A stretch of DNA of 32,000 bases, taken from assembly GCA_041674405.1 (NCBI GenBank), contig JBAYVT010000001.1, positions 150,001 to 182,000 on the forward strand, given 5' to 3'. The DNA comes from Patescibacteria group bacterium. Lineage in GTDB: Bacteria; Patescibacteriota; UBA1384; XYA2-FULL-43-10. Under the pieces are notes generated by a model. That model saw only the letters and a list, made by a program, of their open reading frames with translations, did not search any database and was not told the origin of the DNA. Position numbers and translations under genes: made by a program. Shown piece after piece: positions 24,790-32,000 of this stretch; within the stretch, counting starts at the first letter, position 1, and each line of letters begins with the position of its first letter.

Positions 24790-25278
24790 TTAAAGTTTCT
24801 TGTTCATCTTGATACTGTAGGGCACATATCCATTTTTGCTGTAGAAATTTATTGCGTTTTTATTGAAGTCGTAAACCAGAACCGTTAAGTCAGAGATTTT
24901 TTTTATTTTTGCCCATTTTTCTACCTCTTGTAATAGTTGTGAGCCGACACCCCGTCTAGCATGGTTTGGCAGGACCGATACTTCATCTACGGAAATTCTG
25001 TTGTAGCCCCGCGCTACCTCGTTGTCATCCTCTCGTTCAATTGTTGCGTAAAGAAAACCAACAATCTTGTTGTCAACTTCAGCTACCACGACAAGTGCAT
25101 TTTGTTCATCCTCGATCATATTTAGAAAGGTACCCTTAGGAAGTACTCTTTTGGGGGTTTTTCTATAAGAATCTGGAATATTTCTGAAGTAGAGGTTGTA
25201 AGTTTCAAAATACAGAGAATTTACGGCCCCATAGTCCGCTTCGATCGCTTTTCTGATTTTTGTTCTGTTGTTCGTCAT
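24790..25278 (-). CDS. GNAT family N-acetyltransferase
   Basis: VGFLYATIE...VSVLPNHARRGVGSQLLQEVEKWAK...NKNAINFYSKNGY is the acetyl-CoA binding motif A (R-x-x-G-x-G). Confidence 0.85.
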   Translation of the reverse strand: MTNNRTKIRKAIEADYGAVNSLYFETYNLYFRNIPDSYRKTPKRVLPKGTFLNMIEDEQNALVVVAEVDNKIVGFLYATIEREDDNEVARGYNRISVDEVSVLPNHARRGVGSQLLQEVEKWAKIKKISDLTVLVYDFNKNAINFYSKNGYVPYSIKMNKKL

Positions 25279-25320
25279 GTTTTTAATATTACACCATTTT
25301 CAACTTTTTAGGTGAAATAG

Positions 25321-25355
25321 CTGGGATGCTTGCTCTTCTTGAGCAAGCATCCCAG
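25321..25355 (-). terminator. Perfect 15-bp hairpin downstream of the small basic ORF
   Basis: CTGGGATGCTTGCTC (25321-25335), loop TTCTT, GAGCAAGCATCCCAG (25341-25355). The following T tract on the minus strand is weak. Confidence 0.5.
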
Positions 25356-25377
25356 AGTTCGGACTGTGACACCGCGT

Positions 25378-25518
25378 TCAGCGATACTTCGGCGCCTTAT
25401 AGCTATTGCCCTGGCCATGGCCCTTCGGCGCGCGCGGACCCTTGGGTGCCTTGGTCTGGTGCTGGTCGCGGTTACCCTTGAAACTGCCAGTTGACTGCTT
25501 CTTCGGCTTGTGTGCCAA
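25378..25518 (-). CDS. Small (46 aa) highly basic Lys/Pro/Gly-rich protein, G+C-rich, TTG start
   Basis: Manual translation gives (M)AHKPKKQSTGSFKGNRDQHQTKAPKGPRAPKGHGQGNSYKAPKYR*. The RBS AAAGGGGGT ends about 8 nt before the TTG, and the hairpin at 25321-25355 follows. It is too short for the ORF track. The listed plus-strand ORF 25406-25609 is its antisense shadow. Confidence 0.45.
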   Translation of the reverse strand: MAHKPKKQSTGSFKGNRDQHQTKAPKGPRAPKGHGQGNSYKAPKYR

Positions 25519-25532
25519 TTACTACACCCCCT

Positions 25533-25829
25533 TTAAGGAATCAAAATTTTATTCACGAACTCGTCAATGTCTCTCGGATTGGATTTTAGAGAATCATAAC
25601 CAACCTTAAATGTTTTGTTCTGTTCTATCGTTTCCATATATATAACCGAGGATGGCTTTCTATTGTCGCCCGACCTCATAAAGCTATCGATGCAGTCAGA
25701 CAAATTATCAAAATCTCCAAAATCGTCTACCCCATCAAGCAAATAGTATAGTTCTTTGACAATACTTTTTGGCGATTGATGGCTTTTTGCCCGCCTATCA
25801 ATTTTTTCAGTTGGAATTCTTTCTGTCAC
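25533..25829 (-). CDS. Hypothetical protein (98 aa)
   Basis: Supported only as an ORF, in an operon-like arrangement with the small basic ORF 14 nt downstream. No motif recognised. Confidence 0.45.
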   Translation of the reverse strand: MTERIPTEKIDRRAKSHQSPKSIVKELYYLLDGVDDFGDFDNLSDCIDSFMRSGDNRKPSSVIYMETIEQNKTFKVGYDSLKSNPRDIDEFVNKILIP

Positions 25830-25933
25830 GGCTTCTCCTTAGTGCATATTTGCGTCAGATCTTTTCGAGCAATTTTTGGAAATTGTCTTCGAGTAATGTT
25901 TTATCGCTTTCTGGTTGATATAATCATTTATAT

Positions 25934-26527
25934 ATGGACGCAGGTTTAATTAACAAATATGTCAATTTTAAAAATCCGGCAAAGATTCTGGACATTGGTT
26001 TTGGCTCCGGCAAAGATTCTGTTTATTTTGCACAAAACGGTTTTGACGTTGATGCTATTGATTTTGATGATGAAAAGATTTCTGTATTTAAGAAACGAAT
26101 TGGACATTTGAAAAATATAAATATCATCTATGAAAACTTATTGGATTTTGAGTTTCCTCAAAACCATTATGACGTAATCCTTGCAAACCATGTTTTGGAT
26201 TTTATTAGATATGCTGATTTTCAAAGGATTATTAGAAAAATTCATAATGCATTAAAGCTGGATGGCATTTTCTTTTTAGCAATTTTTAATATCTCTGATC
26301 CGTTTTTCAACAAATTGTCAGAAAAAAACTTACGAAGACCCGAAAATAATTCTTTTCTGATCAACGATCATGATGTCAGACACTTTTATACAAAATCGGA
26401 TATTGAATTTATGAAAAAATTTTTTGAGATCGAATTTTTCGAAGAAGAAAGCGTCGATGATAATCATGGCCCGACTGGCAAACACCACCACAATTTTTTT
26501 CGAATTGTAGCAAAGAAAGTTGTCTAG
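25934..26527 (+). CDS. Class I SAM-dependent methyltransferase (TehB-like size)
   Basis: ILDIGFGSGKDSVYFAQNGFDVDAIDFD is motif I plus an acidic residue. Confidence 0.8.
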   Translation: MDAGLINKYVNFKNPAKILDIGFGSGKDSVYFAQNGFDVDAIDFDDEKISVFKKRIGHLKNINIIYENLLDFEFPQNHYDVILANHVLDFIRYADFQRIIRKIHNALKLDGIFFLAIFNISDPFFNKLSEKNLRRPENNSFLINDHDVRHFYTKSDIEFMKKFFEIEFFEEESVDDNHGPTGKHHHNFFRIVAKKVV

Positions 26528-26532
26528 TTTCC

Positions 26533-26572
26533 ACCAAAAAATCACTCTGAAATTGTCGAAGAGTGATTTTTT
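26533..26572. terminator. Palindromic bidirectional terminator element, copy 2
   Basis: ACCAAAAAATCACTCT, an 11-nt loop, then AGAGTGATTTTTTGG, directly after the methyltransferase stop (26527). Confidence 0.7.
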
Positions 26573-26775
26573 GGGTGAGCCTTCAAGAAAAAGATACATT
26601 GGTGCGTCAAGTAACACTACTTGAAGGCCCGGATAATAAATCCCGGGACTTGTGTAGGGGAACATCATCAGGGAGCGCACATACTGAAATTCCCAAGGCC
26701 GTCAGGGCTAGCATTTGACGAGCCACTTGGATATTTTAGCAACACACAGGAAATATGTCAAAGGTCGAAGAGATC

Positions 26776-27285
26776 TTAAAATGGTTTAATTATCCCCATC
26801 TTGATGATTTTCTTGAACCAAAATGTATAATTTTGCGGGTTTCTTAAGATATCGTCTTTTAGAGCGCTTAATGAAATCCACTTCGTGGTCTCAATTTCAG
26901 CCGGATCCGGATGAATCGGCCCATTATACTTGCCAATAAATACAACATCGTATTCGTTTTCAATAAGCCCATCATCAAAATCAGCGCGGTAAATGAACGG
27001 CTTTATTTTCTTGACTGGGCAATCGAATCCCACCTCTTCATGTAATCTACGATGAACAGCTGAAATGTAACGCTCCCCTGGTCGTGGATGACTACAGACG
27101 GTATTCGACCACAGACCACCAGAGTGATATTTGCTTGAGTGCCTTTTTTGCAAGAGAAGCTCACCCTTATTGTTAAACACAAAAACCGAAAATGCGCGGT
27201 GGAGAAGGCCTTTTTTGTGAGCCTCAAGTTTCTCTTCCGTTCCTAGTTTTCGGTTTGATTTATTAACTAGAACAACTTGTTCCAT
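26776..27285 (-). CDS. idi: Isopentenyl-diphosphate delta-isomerase, type 1
   Basis: LLHRAFSVFVFNNKGELLLQKRHSSKYHSGGLWSNTVCSHPRPGE and ENEYDVVF match the type-1 IDI (Nudix-fold) active-site regions. Confidence 0.9.
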   Translation of the reverse strand: MEQVVLVNKSNRKLGTEEKLEAHKKGLLHRAFSVFVFNNKGELLLQKRHSSKYHSGGLWSNTVCSHPRPGERYISAVHRRLHEEVGFDCPVKKIKPFIYRADFDDGLIENEYDVVFIGKYNGPIHPDPAEIETTKWISLSALKDDILRNPQNYTFWFKKIIKMGIIKPF

Positions 27286-27317
27286 AAATTTTGTAGTTAG
27301 AGATGAAAAATGAAAAT

Positions 27318-28388
27318 TTAATAGTCTCGCTTGACCATGTAATCAGCAAGCTTGAGCATGAAATCTTTGCCTTCTTTTTCGAGTTTCATTGAGTTAAGAG
27401 CGTTTGTAGCTTTTTTGACTAAATCCGAAGCTAATTTTTTGGAGTAATCAAGTGAACCTGTTTGCTCAATTATTTTGCGGACAGATTCAAGACCGCGGAT
27501 ATTTACCCGTTTGTTGCCAAGGTTCAGAAGAATTTTGTCTCTCTGGCTTGGCGTTGCTTTCTCAAGTGCGTCAAGAATAAGTAAGGTTTTTTTGCCTTCT
27601 TTAAGATCTGAAGTAACCGGTTTACCGACTTTCTCTTCTGAGCCGAACATGCCCAAGATGTCATCCTGAATCTGAAAAGCAGTACCTAATGGATATGAAT
27701 ATCTTTCAAGTCTCTTTATTTCGCGGTCATTTGCACCAGCTAACATTGCCCCAAGCTTGATTGGCCCATCAAAGGTATAGGGTACGGTTTTTAGCTCATG
27801 GATCTGGATTGTATCTCCCTTTTTTACGTCATCACGAATTTCAGAAAAAATATCGAGCGCCTGACCCATACCTTCAACTGCATAAATTTTGTTAAGCTCT
27901 GCTAAAGCTCGAGATTTGAAATTGGCTGCAAATTTACAGTTCGAGATAATCTCATTACTCATCGCACAAGAAATATCACCGGCTAAAATTCCAAGAGCGC
28001 TGCCAAAATCTTTAGAATTGGTCTTTCCATTGAACTTATCTTCCGCGATCAAGCGATAGCTTTCATGAATAGTCATCCCGCCACGGCGCAACACATCATC
28101 ATCCATTATGTCGTCATGGATAAGAAGATATGTTTCCGAAAGTTCCATCGACATCGCTGCTTTTATCGCCTCACGTTTGTTTTTTCCGCCATGGGCAATG
28201 TAGCTATAATACAAAAGAGCGGCTCGAATTCTCTTTCCGCCTCGGAGGGTCAGATCATAAATGTGATCCATCAGCTCTTTGGCGTAAGGAGAAATTTTTG
28301 CCGCCTCACTTACTTTTCCCTTTAGATATTTCTCAAGCTCTTTATCTAAAATTTTCTTGAATTTTGCTAGTTGTTCCTTGGCACCCAT
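27318..28388 (-). CDS. Polyprenyl diphosphate synthase (FPP/GGPP synthase family)
   Basis: First Asp-rich motif LIHDDIMDDD and second FQIQDDILG. ATG 28388 has a GAGGA RBS and lies 1 nt after the upstream stop. The track start TTG 28400 is less likely. Confidence 0.9.
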   Translation of the reverse strand: MGAKEQLAKFKKILDKELEKYLKGKVSEAAKISPYAKELMDHIYDLTLRGGKRIRAALLYYSYIAHGGKNKREAIKAAMSMELSETYLLIHDDIMDDDVLRRGGMTIHESYRLIAEDKFNGKTNSKDFGSALGILAGDISCAMSNEIISNCKFAANFKSRALAELNKIYAVEGMGQALDIFSEIRDDVKKGDTIQIHELKTVPYTFDGPIKLGAMLAGANDREIKRLERYSYPLGTAFQIQDDILGMFGSEEKVGKPVTSDLKEGKKTLLILDALEKATPSQRDKILLNLGNKRVNIRGLESVRKIIEQTGSLDYSKKLASDLVKKATNALNSMKLEKEGKDFMLKLADYMVKRDY

Positions 28389-28389
28389 A

Positions 28390-28830
28390 TTAGTCCTCAA
28401 CGATTTTAACTAATACCTTGCGGTTTTCTCTGGGACCATCGAGCTCTATAAGTCCTATGTCTTGATATGTGCCGAGGTTTAGCTTTCCATTTTCTATATC
28501 GATAATGATATTTTGATTGGTGAGGACCTGACGAACATGGCTTGGACCATTGATATCATCAGTTTTGCATATTTTTTTCGGGTTATCTGTGCATCTATGT
28601 TTGTACTTGGTTCCGTCATCATCCACCATTTTAGTAAGCTGGTCGATGATATCCTCACAAAGGTGCGGCTCGCATGATTCCTGCATCATCAAACCTAAAG
28701 TAGTGTGGAGCGTATAAGCAAAAAGAGTACCATTTTTAATTCCGCTTTCTGTGACAACTTTTTCTATATCCTCCGTGACTGGAATAATTTCCGCTTTTTT
28801 GTTGGTAGTATACGAAAGAACCTTTTTCAT
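28390..28830 (-). CDS. YjbQ/UPF0047-family protein (secondary thiamine-phosphate synthase-like)
   Basis: TLHTTLGLMMQE, NGPSHVRQVL and LGTYQDIGLIELDGPRENRKVLVKI. Confidence 0.8.
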   Translation of the reverse strand: MKKVLSYTTNKKAEIIPVTEDIEKVVTESGIKNGTLFAYTLHTTLGLMMQESCEPHLCEDIIDQLTKMVDDDGTKYKHRCTDNPKKICKTDDINGPSHVRQVLTNQNIIIDIENGKLNLGTYQDIGLIELDGPRENRKVLVKIVED

Positions 28831-29004
28831 TTTTCCCTTCTCCGTTCAATTTTAAATATAAAACAATCTTACTCGCATATATCAGTTTTTTCAAACATCA
28901 AAATATACCAGAAATATCTCATTTTGTCAATCTAGGGCTACTCTACTTTTTGAATTGGAACTTTTGAGGTAAAATGGAAGAAGAAAATTGGATGGGGATT
29001 TTGA

Positions 29005-29862
29005 ATGTCAAAGGTTCTAAAAACAATTTGGAGTGAATTTATTTACGGAGGACACCTATTATCAATTGGCTCTGCAGGCATTGTATTTTCCGCTGCAAAA
29101 CTTATTGGCAGCAGTTATGACTGGGCGATATTAATAGTGGTGTATTGCTTTTCCCAAGCGATTTATCTTTTTAATAGACTAGAAGAATTCGAAACGGATA
29201 TAGAAACAAATCCCTCGAGAACAGAGCATATAAAGAATCGCCTCAAAAGCCTTAAAATCGAGATCTTGGCCTATTTAGTATTCGCATACGTCATTATGAT
29301 TTACCAAAGAACATGGGGAGCGATATTTTTCAGCTTTATCCCATTGTTTATCGGATGGACGTACACAAAATATCTGAAAGATTTGACGTCTAAAATTATC
29401 GGCCTGAAAACAATAATCGTGTCAATCACATGGGCACTTTTATTACCATTTTATTATCTTTATTTTGAGATTTCTTCAAATCTAATGACTTTTCTGCTTG
29501 TTTTTCTGTTTATTTTGTTAAGGTGGGTTCTAAACACAAGCTTCTTTGACGTTAAAGACATTGCTGGCGACCAGAAAATTGGCCTAAAAACCTACCCTGT
29601 CTACTTTGGGATAAAAAGGTATATGTTATACGCAAAAATATTAAATTTCGTTTCTGTTGTCCCAATAGTAATTGGGGTTATCAATAGTATATTTCCGAAA
29701 TGGGCACTAGTTTTTGTAATATTAATCCCTTTTATTCATGTTTGTCTAAATAATTCCCAAAAGTATCCCAAAAAAATGTCATATTATTATGTTTATGCAG
29801 ATTCTGAGTTCATAGTTTGGGCACTTTTAGTCGTAATTGGCTTGAATTTAACACGCATATGA
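29005..29862 (+). CDS. UbiA-superfamily membrane prenyltransferase
   Basis: Polytopic hydrophobic protein. The second Asp-rich motif FFDVKDIAGDQKIGLKTYPV is canonical. The first motif is atypical (NRLEEFETDIETNPSR). Confidence 0.7.
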   Translation: MSKVLKTIWSEFIYGGHLLSIGSAGIVFSAAKLIGSSYDWAILIVVYCFSQAIYLFNRLEEFETDIETNPSRTEHIKNRLKSLKIEILAYLVFAYVIMIYQRTWGAIFFSFIPLFIGWTYTKYLKDLTSKIIGLKTIIVSITWALLLPFYYLYFEISSNLMTFLLVFLFILLRWVLNTSFFDVKDIAGDQKIGLKTYPVYFGIKRYMLYAKILNFVSVVPIVIGVINSIFPKWALVFVILIPFIHVCLNNSQKYPKKMSYYYVYADSEFIVWALLVVIGLNLTRI

Positions 29863-31517
29863 GCATAGACCTAATAAAATTATTATTTCTAATATTGGGA
29901 GCTGCCCTAACTTCGATTATCGCATTTTTCGTTTATCAGTCAGATCGTAAACGGACGCAAAACCGCTTTTTCGTAGCAATGTCGTTTTTTGGCATACTTT
30001 GGCTGTTATTCGCATATTTTTCGGTTGTGGACGCAGATCTAACAAGAGCAGCAATTTGGGCAAAATTGAATTTTGCATCTGTAACAATTTTTATCATTCT
30101 TTCATATTTTTTTGTAATTAATTTCTTTAAAAAGACTAAAACCACGAGAGCTGTCGATTATGCCATCGTGGCTTTTGGAACTGTATTATTATTTACTGTC
30201 ACATTTTCTCGTCTGATAATTGACAGTACTAGCTCGGAAACATGGGGGAATCAAATCAATTATGGTCCTTTGTGGTTATGTTACGTACTTGCCATTAGCC
30301 TGATTGGCGGATATTCAGTATTTATTCTGCTCCAAAAATATAAGGATCTCGACACTGAAGGAAAAAGCAAATTAAAGTATTTTCTTGTTGGTGTATTTTT
30401 ATTTTTTCTTGGCAACCTAATTTTTAACGCTTTGATAAATTTGATAGTCGATTCAAATAAATTTGACTCTTTCGGTGACTACTCAATCCTTATATTTCTG
30501 GGATTTACGGCGTACGCAATTATTAAAGACAAACTTTTTGATATCAAGTTGATTGCAACCCAAATTATTGTTATCGCGCTTTCGGTTTCATTATTGATTG
30601 AAGTATTTATTTCCAACACGCTGAGCGAAGGAGCGATAAAGGCTATTATTTGGGGATTGGCAACTTACGGTGGATATTTATTAATCAAGTCAGTTCAGGT
30701 TGAAATCAAGCAGCGGGAAGATTTGGCGGTTTTGGCAAAGAAACTTGAAAAGGCAAACGATGATCTTAAAAAAATGGATCAGCTCAAGGATGATTTTATA
30801 TCGATGGCATCGCACGAGCTCAATACGCCTGTTTCAGCTATTAAGGGGTATATGTCCATGATCTTGGAGGAGGGGCTTGGCGGCAAAATCCCCGATCAGG
30901 TGCGAAGCTATCTCGAGAAGGTATATTCTTCTTCGCAAAGGTTGGCATCCATGATCAAGGATCTTCTCAATGTTTCACGTATTGAATCTGGCAGAATACA
31001 CTTGATCTATGAGCAAAAGCCAATAGAAGAGCTGATAGACCAAGCCATTGGCGAGATTATGTCGAAGGCAAAAGAAGCCAATCATACCCTTGTGTTTAAT
31101 AAACCAGAAAAGGCGTTGCCGCTTACCTGGTTTGATGTGACAAGAATTATGGAAATCCTCATCAATATTATTGGCAATTCAATCAAATATACTGATCCGG
31201 GTGGCAAGATCGAAGTTTCGGCATCAGCCGAGGACAAGCTTATCACTGTTGCGATCAAAGACAATGGCCGCGGTATCCCGAAAGAAAAGCAGGACCAGGT
31301 ATTCTCCAAATTTACTCAGGTTGACGTACTTAAAGATGAGGTCAAAGGCACAGGCCTTGGCATGTACATTTCAAAAGAATTTATTAATCTCCACAAAGGC
31401 AAAATTTGGTTTGAGTCTGATGGCGAAAATAAAGGCACGACGTTTTACTTTTCACTGCCAATTTTGAAGGAGAAACCTCTCGACCCTCACGAAGGAGAAG
31501 GAGCCGTTTTGCACTAG
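29859..31517 (+). CDS. Sensor histidine kinase with a large polytopic N-terminal domain
   Basis: H-box FISMASHELNTPVSAIKGY, N-box GNSIKYT, G1 DNGRGIP and G2 GTGLGMYIS. ATG 29859 forms an ATGA overlap with the UbiA stop; the track start is 29817. Confidence 0.9.
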   Translation: MSIDLIKLLFLILGAALTSIIAFFVYQSDRKRTQNRFFVAMSFFGILWLLFAYFSVVDADLTRAAIWAKLNFASVTIFIILSYFFVINFFKKTKTTRAVDYAIVAFGTVLLFTVTFSRLIIDSTSSETWGNQINYGPLWLCYVLAISLIGGYSVFILLQKYKDLDTEGKSKLKYFLVGVFLFFLGNLIFNALINLIVDSNKFDSFGDYSILIFLGFTAYAIIKDKLFDIKLIATQIIVIALSVSLLIEVFISNTLSEGAIKAIIWGLATYGGYLLIKSVQVEIKQREDLAVLAKKLEKANDDLKKMDQLKDDFISMASHELNTPVSAIKGYMSMILEEGLGGKIPDQVRSYLEKVYSSSQRLASMIKDLLNVSRIESGRIHLIYEQKPIEELIDQAIGEIMSKAKEANHTLVFNKPEKALPLTWFDVTRIMEILINIIGNSIKYTDPGGKIEVSASAEDKLITVAIKDNGRGIPKEKQDQVFSKFTQVDVLKDEVKGTGLGMYISKEFINLHKGKIWFESDGENKGTTFYFSLPILKEKPLDPHEGEGAVLH

Positions 31518-31525
31518 CAAAACGG
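31504..31525 (+). terminator. 9-bp hairpin spanning the kinase stop codon
   Basis: CCGTTTTGC, loop ACTA, GCAAAACGG. No T tract follows, so terminator function is uncertain. Confidence 0.35.
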
Positions 31526-31729
31526 AATGACAAATTCCTAATATCAAATGTCTAATAAATTGGATATATTTCCGTATTAGTCCTAGGTAAATTGAACTAA
31601 GCTAGAACTTAGATGTCTTTCGATTGCACTCGGGATCAATGCCCCTGTCATTTAATGAAGTATTTGGGAATTATTAGCTTCTGTAAAAGATAATTCTGCC
31701 AAGTACTTGTGCCGAGCGAAGTCGAGGCA

Positions 31730-31758
31730 TTGACATTATGTAAAGTATACTTTACATT
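31730..31758 (+). promoter_or_regulatory. Sigma70-like promoter overlapped by a perfect 20-bp palindromic operator
   Basis: TTGACA (31730-31735), a 17-nt spacer, then TACATT (31753-31758). The palindrome ATGTAAAGTA|TACTTTACAT occupies 31738-31757. Confidence 0.5.
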
Positions 31759-31781
31759 TATAAAGAAGGTCAATTTGCCGG

Positions 31782-31842
31782 CCTGGCTCCTTACCAAGGA
31801 GTTGCCTACCCCCTCCGGGCGGCTCCTTGGTAAGGGGTCGGG
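31782..31842 (+). ncRNA. G+C-rich long hairpin in the ~215-nt leader upstream of dnaK (function unknown)
   Basis: CCTTACCAAGGAG (31789-31801) pairs perfectly with CTCCTTGGTAAGG (31823-31835). CCTGGCT/GGTCGGG extends the stem with G-U pairs. GTCGGGT can alternatively pair with ACCCGAC, beginning about 31883. Confidence 0.4.
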
Positions 31843-31981
31843 TCACCATAATCCAAAGCAGATTGGCCTTCAGCCAAACACAACCCGACTAAAGAACCAA
31901 AGAACGCAAGAACAAGTATTCAACAAAGTGGTTCTTGGGTTCATTAGTCCATAAGTTCTTAAGTTTCTACGAAGGAGAAAA

Positions 31982-32000
31982 ATGGGTAAAATTATCGGAA
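31982..32000 (+). CDS. dnaK: Start of a probable DnaK (Hsp70) gene, first 6 codons only
   Basis: GAAGGAG RBS, then ATGGGTAAAATTATCGGA = MGKIIG, the usual DnaK N-terminus. The evidence is very short. Confidence 0.45.

Noticed and set aside
24565-24888. Plus-strand 107-aa ORF with a Cys-rich stretch, considered as a possible precursor peptide next to the NRPS
   Set aside because: It runs through two terminator hairpins and is antisense to the GNAT gene end. It has no RBS and no leader/core architecture.
25406-25609. Plus-strand 67-aa ORF (MPWPWPFGARGPLG...)
   Set aside because: It is the antisense shadow of the G+C-rich minus-strand micro-gene. It lacks an RBS and reads like an off-frame GC-rich translation.
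26330-26680. Minus-strand 116-aa ORF
   Set aside because: Most of it is antisense to the well-supported methyltransferase gene and it crosses the palindromic terminator.
31709-31954. Plus-strand 81-aa ORF (GTG start) upstream of dnaK
   Set aside because: It begins upstream of the predicted promoter, spans the palindrome and the long hairpins, and has no RBS. The region is better explained as promoter plus structured leader.
1-32000. Looked for tRNA/rRNA genes, CRISPR repeats, transposase or integrase genes, toxin-antitoxin pairs and known defence-system signatures
   Set aside because: I could not recognise any by eye. The GGAATCGAACC-like string near 350 lies inside the ileS coding frame and has no tRNA cloverleaf context. 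A tRNAscan, Rfam, ISfinder or DefenseFinder run would be needed to make the absence definitive.

Overview
AT-rich bacterial window with densely packed, often overlapping genes. It holds two class-I aminoacyl-tRNA synthetases (ileS partial, leuS), several Nudix and other phosphohydrolase genes, a small isoprenoid cluster (idi, polyprenyl synthase, UbiA-type prenyltransferase), a sensor histidine kinase and the first codons of a probable dnaK. The main accessory feature is a compact non-ribosomal peptide synthetase (NRPS) locus. A four-gene plus-strand operon (11790-22709) encodes an HDAC-family amidohydrolase, NRPS-1 (A-T-C-A-T-E), NRPS-2 (C-T-C, no A domain, no thioesterase) and an Sfp-type PPTase. 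A convergent GNAT plus ornithine-aminotransferase-like pair follows, and a SAM methyltransferase and a second GNAT lie nearby. Both synthetases carry extra, apparently intact enzyme domains inside the protein: a histidine phosphatase in IleRS, and a Nudix domain plus a nucleotidyltransferase-like segment in LeuRS. ileS is preceded by a probable T-box leader with an Ile (AUC) specifier on a very short Stem I, plus antiterminator/terminator alternatives. Other observations are two small G+C-rich, AAG-biased ORFs with strong AGGGGG ribosome-binding sites, a Nudix gene relic at the left edge of the NRPS neighbourhood, twin near-identical palindromic terminators, and a perfect 20-bp palindrome over the promoter upstream of dnaK. 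I recognised no rRNA, tRNA, CRISPR array, transposase or integrase. The small-genome, uncultivated-lineage (Patescibacteria-like) impression is inference only. All calls come from manual reading of the sequence and ORF track; no database search was run.
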